The position numbers and the translations under genes are program-made. Shown here one piece after another: positions 37,714-50,125 of a stretch of 64,000 nucleotides of DNA. The stretch's first letter is position 1. Every line of letters begins with the position of its first letter. The notes under the pieces were generated by a model, which was not told the origin of the DNA, searched no databases, and was given only the letters and a program-made list of their open reading frames with translations. Origin of the DNA: Heteronotia binoei. Lineage: Eukaryota. The stretch covers positions 134,602,001-134,666,000 of the forward strand of contig NC_083226.1 in NCBI RefSeq assembly GCF_032191835.1, read 5' to 3'.

Positions 37714-38465
37714 TTTATTAAAGACAGAACAGAGAAGATGACATTCACTTTAAAACAATTTATAAATCAAACATTGAACAAATTATAACATTGAGGACTT
37801 GCAGGGACAGAAGAATATTTAGAAGTTTTTTTAACTCCTATTTTTGTGGGGCTCATAAAATGAAGAAAATTCATGCATGTACTATATGTATGAAAACATG
37901 CTGTTTAAAAGAGAATGCTATAAATACCAAACAATCATCCCTAAAAAGTACACCTTTGTGAAAACCAAAACAAAGGGTAACTTTACTACTGTGATGAAAC
38001 ATGTCAAAGTACAAATTTAATTTAAAAACATTTTATTTACACTATGTATATAGAACTACAACACAGAAAATAACATCCAAACATGTAGCTTTAGCCATTC
38101 TGATTTCTTAGCGCAAAAGACCCCACTGCCAGAAGAGACAAGCAGTTCAGTAGTCTTCTCTGACTAGTGAAGCTGGATGAATGGGAAACCATATTTTTAA
38201 TATTGCACCATTACCCTTCACTTGGTTGAATTATGTTTAAGATATGATCCTGCATTTATAGTGGAATAGTTACAGTCTCCCTCAACAGGGCTGTTTTTAC
38301 ACTGCATCCTTGCATGATTCATATAATGGAAGGCAGAGTATGGTTTGCCATTACGGGAATAAGTCTTTGGTTCATTCTGTCCTTCCATATTTGGCTAGTA
38401 AATATAGTGCTTCTGTATCAAACCACAGGTGGTGATTCAGGCAAAATGTTAAGCTGCAGTTTATT
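37714..38465 (-). terminator. Candidate ANKRA2 poly(A) signals (AATAAA at 38460-38465, 38032-38037 and 37714-37719)
   Basis: tttatt on plus, downstream of the ANKRA2 stop. The signal actually used cannot be determined from sequence alone. Confidence 0.4.
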
Positions 38466-39538
38466 CTCCATCTTCTAAACCAAATTAGATTGGCTTTCAA
38501 CACAACAAACCATGGTTGTGATTCATCAAATGATAAACTGACATTTGTCTTGTTATCTAGCAAATGGTGAGGAGAATGGGCCATTCTCATTTCTGCAATT
38601 ACAGCCAATATACATCATGTCCGGGGATAGAGACCAATTTTCATGTTCACATAATTTCAAATAAATGGGGAACTTTCTTTGCTAGTTGAGAAAATCAATG
38701 CTGCTCTCTCTCCCCCACCCCCCTATTTCATACTACTTGGTGGAAATACAGTGACAGTACAGTCTTATCAGTAGGAGCTTGCAGGGTCTGTATATTTTTT
38801 TAAAAATAAGTTCACATATTTCATTGCTTTCTCTTGATTCATTTCAGTATCATCTGTACTAACCAGTATTCCAACTGTTGACCTGAATAAATATATTCTG
38901 GAGATACATGTTATCGCCCCAAAACATACACAACTACGTAATGTGCCAGTCAGAATGACATGTGAGGCTGCAGACAGTGATTGCACGCCCGCCCCCCAAT
39001 TCCTTTTTCAAATATCCTATACAATTTAATATCACATTTCACTACATATTTACAAATACGGTAAGGTTTGGCTTTACAAATGTCTATGAATGAAAGAGAA
39101 ACAAAAACAATCTCTCCAAAACATTTACCTGAATGCAGTTATCAAAAATTGCTATGCTGGCATCTCACTTCTTGCCCAAAACACTATTCTACTGTGGTAT
39201 TTTTACTCATTTGGGACCTTAAGCCCTGCTGGAACAATAAAGCAATACCATGGTAAAGACAAGGCTTACGGAGACATAGTATGATGTGTGCCACTACCAA
39301 CAATTCCCATCTTTGTGACCAGTGCCTATTAAAATGGCCATGCCAGCAGGAACTGTCAAAATGCGGGTGGATGGCAAGCCATCACTATCATTATTCATAA
39401 AGGAACAGTTTTATCCTTACTTGGTAAATAATGAGAGTCCCCCTGCAATGACTGGACTGAGTAAGCAAATCAAGTTTGTCACGTGCAGTGCTAACACAGT
39501 TGAACTCTTCAGAATCTGCTGTCATGCCTGCAATGGCA

Positions 39539-42500
39539 TTATTCCTTGACGTTTTGAAGAAGCATTAATAAATGAGACTCAATCACCTGTTGAACTACAG
39601 CAGAAGAAACATGGTTAGGTTAGTGTACATTTCTTCAGTACAAGCAGTGGCCTAGCCTATTTTAGATAACCAGGATAAGGAAGTGTTTCTCCTATAATGG
39701 AAGGTGCATGGAAATTTGCTCCCTCAAACAGCATCCTGTTCTGTTCTCCCAGTTTTTTCCTCATACTCCAACGAAGAAGAATAATCTGGGATGCAGCTAT
39801 GCACTAAGTGACCAAGAACTGAATATAGTCTGACCAAAGACAGGAACAAATCCAGTTCTTAATGTTCTCTACAGTGTTCAAGGGAATGAAGCAAAGAAAA
39901 TGCAAACTAGAATGCGGGTGGGGGTGGCACACCTAGTCCTAGATTTTGAATGATCAGAACTGTGGTGAGAGAAATTTATGGGGAGGAGACAATAGCTGAG
40001 GCATAATACAGTGAGACTAAATGGTCATTTCCCAGCTCTATGACATCTCTGTACAGGCTGTAAGCTGAAATATGGTAAAGCTGCAACCTTCAACGGGGTC
40101 ACTGAAACACATCTTAGGATGTTCTTGAATACTCACCGCTTCGATGACCTAAGGCTACAGCCAAATCCATGGAATTATATCCAGAGTCTGTTTCTATAGT
40201 TGGATCAGCACCATGCTCTATAAAAAACAATGAGTTGTTATATAATTGTTACAGTTTTTGCCTGAGTTTCATTGGCTAACATGATCTTCATAATACTACT
40301 TACCTAAGAGTATTTTGACACATTTCACGTGGTTTCCATGCACAGCATAGAGCAAAGGTGTACCACCATTCTGCAAAAGCCAAGAAAATTTCAGGTCTCA
40401 GGATACACTCAAACAGCTTAAAATCCAGATACAGATTGCACATAAGTCAGAACAGTTATTCCACGAGTACATCAAGATATCAGGGGTTGGATCCCACCAG
40501 TTCATTTCACTGGTAGCAAAGCCTAATATGTCACGTCAACAGCATGGACTGGTAGGATGCAATGCTAGCTTTTCAAATAGCCGCAATGTGAATGTGCAAG
40601 GAAAGGTTTCTATTCTAGAATATAGTTTGTGTTTATGGCCTACTATAGCAGATTAACATGCCTACTATAGAATTGCCTCCATCTTTGGTTGCTTAATTGG
40701 ATTTCATCTTGTACAACTTGATACTATATATGGAGAAACATAATTATCTAGTGTGTATTGTTGAATCAGGCATATAAAAAGTGATTTCACCCTCAAGTAG
40801 GTCAAACGGGTAATACAGCAGAGCCATAGAAGAAGTTTGTTTCATACCCTGCTTTTCTCTACCTTTTTCTCAAAGCCTTCTCTTCCTCTCCACAAGTCAC
40901 CTTGTGAGGTAGATGGGGCTGAGAGAGTTTTGAGAGAACTGTGGCCCAAAGTCACCCAGCAGGCTTCATGTGAAGGAGTGGGGAATCAAACTCAATTCTC
41001 CAGATTATAGTCTGCAACTCTTGACCACGCCACCAAGCTACCTCTCAGATAAATCACATGAATGCAAACAGCAGTGTAGTAAGCAAGAGACTTACCCAGT
41101 CATATTCATTGACATCAACTCCACAGTCTAGCAGCATCTTGACAATATCGGTGTACCCTTTACTACAGGCCAATGACAGGGCACTTTCTCGCCCCTTCCC
41201 CAGGATCTGTGCATCTGCACCCTAAAAAACAAAGATGCTTTTAAAGAGTTGTTCTGTATCAACCTCACAAATTATATGTGTAAAGAACTCCACAAGTCCA
41301 CTTGTAAGCCAGCAAGGTTCTAGAGATCTTATATTTCTGACAAAGTTTTTAAATAAAAAGAGTTTCCAAAAGTTTCAAGGATTATTTGTTCTACTGGTTT
41401 ATTTTATATGCAAAGCCTCAATCTGCTTTGTTGCAGGTGACAACTATTGCTTCTTGTCTTTGTATACAGTGGTTTCCCCTTTTTTGTGAAAGTCTGAAAG
41501 ATGCTGAAAAGACGATCTTTATCTCATGAATTGGGCTCATGAAAGCTTAACCCAAAATAAATGTTTGACTCTTAAAATGGCCCTAATCTCTTGATGTTTT
41601 GGCTGCAGCAAACTTAATGCAAGTAACTACCTCTCAAAATGTGCCCCCATGCTCCCCCCACCAATCTCAAGAATGGTAACTGTGGAGGATGACACTGATA
41701 TGACTTGCTACCCAACTGCTTGGAGAACAGATTCATTCATGCATTCAAAAAGTCTGAAGCTGAGGGAATGTGCAGAGAACTTGGGCACAGGATGGTGAAT
41801 GGCTTAGAGCAGGGGTGTCAAACATGAAGCCTGGGGGCCAAATCAGGTCCCTGGAGGGCTCCTATCAGGCCCCCAAGTGACTGGCTGTCATTTGCTTCCT
41901 TCTCCCTCTCTCTTGCTTCCCTCTGCATAACAGTTTGCTTTGCAAGGCTTGCTCAATCGCACAGAAGCTCCAGAGCAAAACCTTATTTTCTCCATTGGCT
42001 GAGACTCCTCTTCCTCCTGGTCCCCTGGGGAAGGAAAGAAAGCCAGTGTTTCTTTTGCCCAGTTCTCTGGATCCCATGGGAGAAATACAAATAAAGCACC
42101 TTTAAGACCAACAAGCGCTAAAGTTTTAAGCATGTTTTAAGTTTTTTAAAAAATATATTTAATTGTGTTTGTCTGTGTCCTTTATAAAGTTATCTCTGCT
42201 ACCTAATCTTAAATAGGTACACACAAGGCTCAGCCCAACAAGGTCTTATTTATGTCAGATTCAACCCTCGTAACCAAATGAGTTTGACACCCCTGGCTTA
42301 GAGGCTCAACCAAAAATGTGTTGCTTGCTGGGGAGAGAGAAGACAGAGGAAAAAGCAATTGCCTTTTCTGAATTTACAACACTACACTCACTTTATCTAA
42401 AGACATAAGCAATGCTCCCTTTAAACTGTGGAGTTTTCTAAGCAAAAATTCTAGTTAATGAGCTACTGACATTAAAGCTACTGCATAAATTAGTTTGCTT

Positions 42501-45500
42501 TGGGGCTGTTTTTCCTGAGCTAAGACAAAAATGTGTGAGCTAGAGGTTAAAAAACCGTAAGCTAGCTTGCACTAACTCATCTTAGAGGGAACACTGGACA
42601 TAAGTATGATGTGGGTGATGTTTTCACTTACATTTTGAAGAAGAAATTCTACCACTGCTATCTGTCCATGGGCTGCAGCCCACATCAGAGGGGTAAAGCC
42701 TTCTTCATCTGTATGATTGATTACATTTTCTATTTGACAAAACACACAGGTCAACAGTCTTCTTACTGGGGAGCATAAAGAACTCAGGTGTGGCAGTCAC
42801 TTGGACCCACCTGTAAGGGGGCATTACTTTAGTCACTTGGAAACGAAAAACTTTGACTGAATTAAACAACTGCATTAATCTCTATATCACAGTGCAGCCT
42901 GCTAATGGAATGCTCCTTTAAAACTCTGGACGCAGCCCTCAGTTTCTAAGCAATTGAGCTTTGTTCCAAGTTCAAGGTGAAGCCCTGAATTTCCCAGCCA
43001 ATAAATCATCACTGTATTTTTTCATATAAAAATAATTTGATAACTAACTCTGGATTTTGATTAACTAAAACATTATTGCCCAGATACACAGAACACTGGC
43101 ATACCCTATAGAAATCAATCCTAGATGAGCACACACCTCATTCCTGCCTAAGTTGACTTTAAGGTTATTATTTCAAAGCTCCTTATCCAGAGTACTGTCC
43201 CCACCCCCCGGAAAAAGGTGAGGGGAGCAGATTTCACTGAATGCCAAACCTCCGAGATTCATGGATTACAAGATATGGCCAATTTATACAGATGCTCTTT
43301 CATAGGCCAGTACATGACTTTACTGAATCTTCTGATTCATGCTATCTAAAGGCATGATGTGGCATTCCTCTGAACGTATTCTGGAAGACATCAGTTTCAC
43401 AATAGGAGTTTTCCCCTGGGCATGTAAGGAAAGCCCCCTACTTTTCATACATATGGACATCGTGATCACCAGTATGGTTGCCAGGGTGCCTGGAGTTTTG
43501 ACTCTCACACATCTGCTCTAAGAAGTGGACTTTGCTTACAGTTTCTAAGGCTTATGTGGATACTATAAGCCTCAGCTTTGCAGCTGCATTCTACATCTCT
43601 GATGGGTGTTAGCCAGAACTCTGCTCCTTGTGTGCCCAGTCTTGGCCACTGCAGTAAAGGAAGCCATGCCACCATGAACTGTACAAGCAAACAGTTTCCA
43701 GCCTGTTTCCATGAACCAAAGGCTAACACCACCAGAATCCATCTTGTTTTCCTGATTCCATCTCCAGCATCTGCTTCAGCTTTTGCATAAGGCAATCAAG
43801 CTTATCCAGGCATGGATCCTGCCAGACCACTCAAGCCTTTGTCTAACGAAACCCAGGACAAAGACTGGTGCCAGGAAGAAGATAGAAAAAGAGGAAGACC
43901 ATCTCCTGCCAGAGCCAAGTCTTTTGTCTAACCCGGGGGATACCTAGGTCAATATTTGATTCTCTATTGTCACCTTTTCAGATAAGTCCATCTAATCTTA
44001 AGTGTTCCCCACCCAGTAATCACTTCTATTCTGTCACTTTGGAGCCTGCCCCACAGCCTGTTTCAATCTGAAAGTTCTTTCAGGTACACAGGACCCAGGC
44101 AAGTTCATTGGTCAAGACAGGTACCCAACTAGGTGCCACCAAGGGACTTGCTATTGGCTCTGCAATAGTCCAGCCCTCCTGGTCATTGCAGAGCCTCCCC
44201 TTTCTCCTCCCTCCTACCTCCCAGCCCCTGAGGGTCTAAGCTAGTCTATTTAACCTCTGACCCAACTCCACTCATGTGTGCTTCTAGCAGTATCCCAGTT
44301 CCGCTGTCTAGATCCATCCCCAATTCTGGCCACAGTTTTGGGTCCATTTCCCCCGTCCTCTTTTGTCGCCATTGGAGCCTTCCTTGAAGACTACGATAGG
44401 TAATATTACCCTGTGTGTCTACCCTTTATGTTCCCCTATCGATCTATCTATATTTCTAGGACTGTATGTGTGATTGGATGTGTATTTTTATCTTGTATGG
44501 AAGACTATATTTTTCTTAATAAATTATAATTGGTTTTACTAAGTTAGAGTCCTGTTATTTAAGCATCACTTTTCTGGACGTGTATTCTTGTATACATTGG
44601 TAAAAGATCCCTAGTGAGCCAGGTGCCCACCTAACTAATTCCCCAACCTCGTTTTGAGGGCATTTTGGCTAACAGGCATTAAGCCAGCTCTGTGGCATTT
44701 TTCAGGATGAGAGCTACTTTGGCAGAAGATCAATAATTCTTAACTCATTGTAACAACAAACAATGCAACACTTTGGTTTAGATGACCTGTTCAAGGCTGA
44801 AGAAAGGAAGAACAACTCCTACAAGGAACCTGAAAAACTATAAGCAAGATGCGGTCAAACCTTGCATTTCAAACGTTTCTATAATTTCTGTATATGAACT
44901 GCACAGCATATATGATTAGTATTATATTCCGTCAGACAGGTGAGGGGGAATTAATGGTGATAACAATTAATGAATGGTTGTGGATCCCCCTGCCATGGTA
45001 ATGCTATACAGCAGGCAGCATGTGATAGGCTTGTCCATGCTAGAAATAGATAGGAACAAAGAGAGTAACTCAGTAAATCTAGACACTGAATGCTGTGGTG
45101 ATATTGTTACCATAAACAGGAAGGGCTAACTGCTTCTACTATCTGAAACAAAAGTATCTCCCTGTATGTTGCATGATTCAGTAAAAGCAAACAATATCTG
45201 GAACATGAGCTGTAACCAAGCATCATACCACAAAGTAGAAAATGTTTTTTAAAAAAGGTTTTACCACAAAAGAGGACTAAAAGCCTAATTACACATCATG
45301 TTTTTTCCTGAGAATGCCCCTGAGTCAGGTAGAGAGGGACATTCTGGACTGGGACCATGGTGTGCTGAGGAGTGGGCTTTGACCTCTTCCTGTACCATTG
45401 TTTCAACCTGCAATGGCCCAGGGGAATATACTAGTTGCCCTATTGGCACCTGGATACACATCGGCAAGCTACAAGCCACATTTCTACAACATTGGCCAAT

Positions 45501-48180
45501 AATCCATCCCCCTGGCCACTGGAAGTCAGGACCAGTGTTCCCTCTAAGCTGAGTTAGCGTGAGCTACCTCCCCGATTTTTAGCCTCCAGGCCACAGTTTT
45601 GCCTTGGCTCAGGAAGGATGACTCCAGAGCACAATAATTTATGCAGTAGCTCATAACTTTAATGCCAGCAGCTCACAACTTTAATGTCAATAGCTCACAA
45701 AGTAAAATTTTTGCTCACGAGACTCTGCAGCTTAGAGGGAACATTGGTCAGGACCATGTGCGGGGAGGGAGGTCTAAGCACCCTCTCTCTGCAGTCCGAA
45801 TCCAAACTGGGCCTCTGCATGCTTGGAGGCACAGAAGTTCAAACTATGCCTCTCTAGCTGACCCAGGGACATTGCCATTGAAAACATAATATGCAGTTTG
45901 GCTTTTACCAGAGGGCATGAAAACACTGCTTTTGTTTTTAAACCTTCAGATTTCTTAGTGTTACACATTTTAATGTAGACACACAATAGCTTGTGAGAAG
46001 TCTTAATATTGTGATCCACTGGGCAATAATGTCTGGGACAAGAAACGTATGAAATGAAGATGAATGGAAACTAGCCATACAATCAGGGCCTGCTGCAGCC
46101 TCACCTATCCTGACAAGTTATCTCACTGCAAAAGGAAAGACACAACAAATCCTTACCTTGCTCTATGCGGGTGGCTAGATACAGCATTTCTCCTTGAGCT
46201 GCCAGCTGGTGAATGGAGAGAGCTACAGAAACAACAGAAGGAAAATATAGTAATGGTTTTGTTTAAATGCTGGTTTTGTTTAAATGCTGCCAAAATGCTG
46301 GCATCTTGTACTGTCATTCATAACAGAAGCTCCCCAAACTGTTTTAAAGGCCACGACAGAAACACTTACAGTTTACAAGCAAAGGTGTTGTAGACACTTC
46401 ATTTCCTCTGTGCTTGTTAGTTAAAGTGGTGGATTGTTTTATAGGTGAAAAATGCTTTGTAGTTGATGGGGTGTAGACATGTCTGACTTGAATCCCAGGA
46501 GAAGGAGAAGTATGGATATTGCATTCAGCTAAGTGGGAGAAGTAAAAAAAAGTTATAATAGATGTCAGAATAACAAGTAGTAGAAAAGTCATATTCCAAG
46601 GATGCTATCCAAATATACGGTATTTATGTGGAAGTTTGTTCCACCAAAACCAAAAGAGGTTACTTCATCCCTTAGCACGGTTGACAATGAAAACTATCTC
46701 ACTCTTCTGCAGCTGAAGTCAGCCTAAACAAGTTGAGCACTCCTTCATGTTGTGCAGAAAAATGCCTATTCAGTGTGAGTTCTCGGGGGAAATTCTAGTA
46801 CTAGGATGTGAATCCAACCTTACTGCAGCATAGTCAATGCTGCAGAAACCTAGACCTCTCACACCCCCAAGAACTAAACGAGGGAACTCTTCAAAGCAAG
46901 GTTAGAGCTACTATATCTTAAAAAAATTCTGGCTGTAGGCTAGGCAGGTGCTTTTAGGCTTAGGACAAAAGGTAAATTAAAGTGAAAAGAAATAACCTGT
47001 AGCCTAAGCATTTGTTCTTTTTGCTGTCAAGTTAACAGTTTGCTATTTCTTGCCTCTTCCAATGCTGGTATTCCTTGGTGGTCTCCCATCCAAATACTAA
47101 CCAGGGCTGACCCTGCTTTTCTTCCACGACTTGATGAGATTAGGCTAATTTAAGCTATCTAGGTCAGGGATAGCCTAAGTATAAATACTTGGAAATAATT
47201 CATTGATTTGAGTGGAACTTATATTTCCATACTAAGTGTTCAGAGATCAAAATGTAAACTCAGCATTGAGAGCCTGATTTTGGATAAGTGTACTTAACAC
47301 AAAGCACTGTAATGCTGCAGGTCTTAGTGATTGAAACGCTGAACAAACTTTGAGAGTATGTGCAGCATAAAATGCACTGAAATTCTTCTTTTGCATTTCT
47401 CTTTCCCACTGAGAGATGGGAAGCCAGCACCACACCTGGCTCCTCAGCTAAATCCTCTACCAACTGACTCCACTCCCCCAGCTTCTCTGTAACTACCACC
47501 AAGGTTTTCAGAGCAATGGAAAGATTCACCAACTCAACTGAACAGGACCCTGTAATTCCTTGACTAAGTACAGCTAGCCCTTGAGCCTAAAAGTTTACCT
47601 TGTAACACCTCCCACCATTTACAGCCTGTCTTTGCTCAAAACATGTTAGATTTAAAAGTAATAATTGTGAAACTTTCTTGCCACATTTCCTAGAGAAAAT
47701 TATTGCAATCTGGTGGCTATTTTCATAGCTAAAATAAAATTCCTATTCTCTAATGTATTCTGTGGCTAAAAACACCACTGACTTTTAAAGATATTCCATA
47801 AATGAGAAAAATGTGAAATGTTTATATCCTATTACGCATTCCTTCATCATAGTACCAATTTCCCCACTTTTTAAAATAATGAAATCCCAACCTTTAAATA
47901 ATACAGATGCCACTTCAAGGTCAGAATTCACTTGATCTTGAATATTTTTGCTGTCTTCTTCATTCAAGGACTTCACAAATCGGGAGCAGACATTCATATC
48001 AAACCTATTAGGCAAAATGAATTTCATTCCCATAGCAACACTCTGTGCTGGTCCTTCCTCTACACTGGGATCAAGATGATGCTCCACTTTAATGTTCGGC
48101 ATGTGAGATAGGCTATAGCTGCTCGCACAGTCTTCCACAATTAGCGGGGCTCCAACATCAAGATTTGATGAAGACTCCAT
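39539..48180 (-). CDS. ANKRA2: Ankyrin repeat family A member 2, 313 aa; complement(join(39539..39594,40137..40217,40304..40370,41096..41221,42632..42729,46157..46222,46370..46528,47892..48180))
   Basis: [17 protein letters not shown]...[47 protein letters not shown], then ankyrin repeats ([64 protein letters not shown]), ending [18 protein letters not shown]. Exons total 942 nt and all introns are GT-AG. Confidence 0.98.
40828..41046 (-). mobile_element. Squam3-like SINE in an ANKRA2 intron
   Basis: ccttgtgaggtagatggggctgagagag...ggcccaaagtcacccagcaggcttcatgtg...gggaatcaaac is the reverse complement of the SINE. Confidence 0.75.
41520..41637 (+). mobile_element. Old PLE terminal remnant with a degenerate hammerhead-like motif
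   Basis: ctcatgaattgggctcatgaaagctt...aaataaatgtttgactcttaaaatggcc...gctacctctc-like end resembles the PLE terminus. Confidence 0.45.
41810..42295. mobile_element. hAT (Charlie-like) non-autonomous transposon
   Basis: TIRs CAGGGGTGTCAAAC...GTTTGACACCCCTG with a perfect 8-bp TSD gcttagag (41802-41809 and 42296-42303). Confidence 0.92.
42410..42596. mobile_element. hAT MITE, CAGTGTTCCCTCTAA family, copy 1
   Basis: Ends caatgctccctttaaactg...cttagagggaacactg, with 8-bp TSD gacataag (42402-42409 and 42597-42604). Confidence 0.88.
43607..44674 (+). mobile_element. Putative long solo LTR (ERV-like), antisense to ANKRA2
   Basis: TGTTAGCCAGAA...TTTTGGCTAACA inverted ends (11/12), CCAAT boxes, TATTTAA at 44247, donor AG|GTAATA at 44400 and AATAAA at 44518. 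No TSD is visible. Confidence 0.55.
45533..45746. mobile_element. hAT MITE, CAGTGTTCCCTCTAA family, copy 2
   Basis: TIRs cagtgttccctctaagctg...cagcttagagggaacattg with a perfect TSD gtcaggac (45525-45532 and 45747-45754). Confidence 0.92.
47035..47170 (-). mobile_element. 5S rRNA-derived SINE (5S-Sauria type) fragment
   Basis: Minus strand aagcagggtcagccctggttagtatttggatgggagaccaccaaggaatacc matches the 5S rRNA internal promoter region, followed by a non-5S body. Confidence 0.75.
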
Positions 48181-48597
48181 TATCTGAAACTTAGATATGT
48201 GTTTTCTTGTGGTGTTTTCCCTTTATTTAAAAAACAAAAACAAAACCAAATTCCAGTGGCTGAGATTTATGTAGCCTGCATTTGGACACAAAATATTAAC
48301 ATGTTAGAACACAATGCCATAAAACACAAAAGAAACACATTCGTTAAGCTGAACCAATGCAATTTCCCCTTCAAAATGCCATAGAAAATTACCACTCTGC
48401 AAGCACAGAAAACTGCAAAATAGAAAATAGCTACTCAGATTTTACACAGGCTACAAATTTTTAATTGTCAAATGGCTTGAAATGACAGTTATTTCAAAGC
48501 TAATGACTGCAGTCATTTTAATGACAGAAGCAAGTACTGAAATCAGTTTTTTTCTTGCTTCAGTAACTCCTTTTAGTGATGTTCTCTAGAATAAGTA

Positions 48598-48775
48598 CAT
48601 GAAGCTTTGTTAGATCAAATCAGATTACTGGTCTATCAAGCTCAATACTGTACATCTGAACTAGCAGTGGTTCTGCAGGGTCTCTGGCAAGCGGTCTTTC
48701 ATATCACTTACTGTCTGATCCTTTAATCAGAGATGTCGTGGACTGATTCTGAGACTTCTGCGTGTCCTCTAGTAC
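48598..48775 (-). mobile_element. Old tRNA-head SINE with a CR1-like tail
   Basis: agagatgtcgtggactgattctgagacttctgcgtg is related to the 9619-9677 head; the left end resembles a CR1-type tail. Confidence 0.4.
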
Positions 48776-48827
48776 TGGCACATTTGCTAGCTATGAACAA
48801 ATAATGCTGGGTTATTTTACTTATAAC

Positions 48828-49018
48828 CAGGACTTTTTTTTGAGCAAGAACACAGTTCTGCCTGGCTTGGCATCAAGGGGTGTGGCCTAATATGCAAATG
48901 AGTTCCTGCTGGGCTTTTTAGACCAAAACCCCCAATGTGAAACAATGGTGACATCAGGTGTGTGGCCTGATATGCAAATAAGTTCATGCTGGGCTTTTTC
49001 TACAAAAAAAGCACCCTG
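48828..49018. mobile_element. hAT MITE with an internal 80-bp tandem repeat
   Basis: Ends caggacttttttt...aaaaaaagcaccctg, TSD cttataac/cttataat (7/8). The unit gtgtggcct(a/g)atatgcaaat...tgctgggctttt occurs twice. Confidence 0.8.
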
Positions 49019-49684
49019 CTTATAATCAAATAACGTCAGCAGTGTGGCCATGGATGCCCCTAGTCCTTAGACTGGCAATGAATATTCTGAAAGCTACGGA
49101 AGTCAGTTTGGCCTATTAAAATTAGTTCTGTGACTGACTCAACTGTATTATCACAATATTTGCTGGAGTGTACATATTTTAAGAGAAATTAGCTAGGTCT
49201 TTCAACTTTTGGCAGAACAGCCAGATTAAACGGTTCTGTGCTTTTTAAAAGAGAGCAGGCCACAGGGCTGCTCTAAGATTCATGACCCACTTCAGTTGTG
49301 CTTACGTGCAACTAGTTTTGTGCCCTTGATAGAAATACAAATACCTGCATCAGACATGCATACAGAAGGCTGCTTCTGTGTATAAATCTTCCTAGCTGGA
49401 TTGTGTCATTACAGGTTTATTAAGGCCTAACTATCCATACAAAACATACAATCTCTGTGATTCCAGCGTAGTCCAATTGTTATCAAAAGCTGTTTTGATA
49501 ACCATGGATTTATTATGTACCTTTCAGCAGTCAGTCACTATCTGTCCTAAAGGGTGGTTATAAGCATACAATACAGGGGAGGAAAGCCTATACTTAGCTC
49601 TTTGGAGGAAGGGTGAGATGATGAACAGAGACACAAATCATGACAATGCAACACCCCACCCCCCTGGGAAGCTACACCCAAAAT

Positions 49685-49745
49685 GAGTTTTGTGCCACCT
49701 TTCAAAGACTAACAAATTTGTCACAGAAGCTTTTATGCACCACTC
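49685..49745 (-). mobile_element. Degenerate PLE terminal remnant
   Basis: gccacctttcaaagactaacaaatttgtcacagaagctttt resembles the PLE end motif; the hammerhead core is lost. Confidence 0.45.
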
Positions 49746-50125
49746 TGTCAAAATTCAATAAACAGATAAATATGAAACCAATTATAGAATTAGAGCTTTA
49801 GGGAAGAAGTCTGGAATTTCTTCCTAAACGCTCAGCTCTCCTTAACTCTAAACGCAACGATAACCTCAAGCAACAAAGCAGAGAAGAGAGGATGAAGCAT
49901 GCCCCTTACTTGTTTATATTTCTATAACATCTCTTCAAAGTCCTGCATGAAGCCATTTACAATCAAAACCCGCAATATTCTTTTTAAAAAGCCATTAGAC
50001 ACAAGCTGAAGAAAAATTATCAATACAACAAAAGAAAATAAACTAGGTGCCAGGCTAGCATCAAAGGCGAATGTGTTCCAGAGGCAACGCACGGCCACGT
50101 GAAAAGCCCCCTCTCTAGTCCTCAC

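Noticed and set aside
47035-47170. Possible 5S rRNA gene (also 62506-62649)
   Set aside because: Partial, diverged and fused to a SINE body, so it is a 5S-derived SINE and not an rRNA gene.
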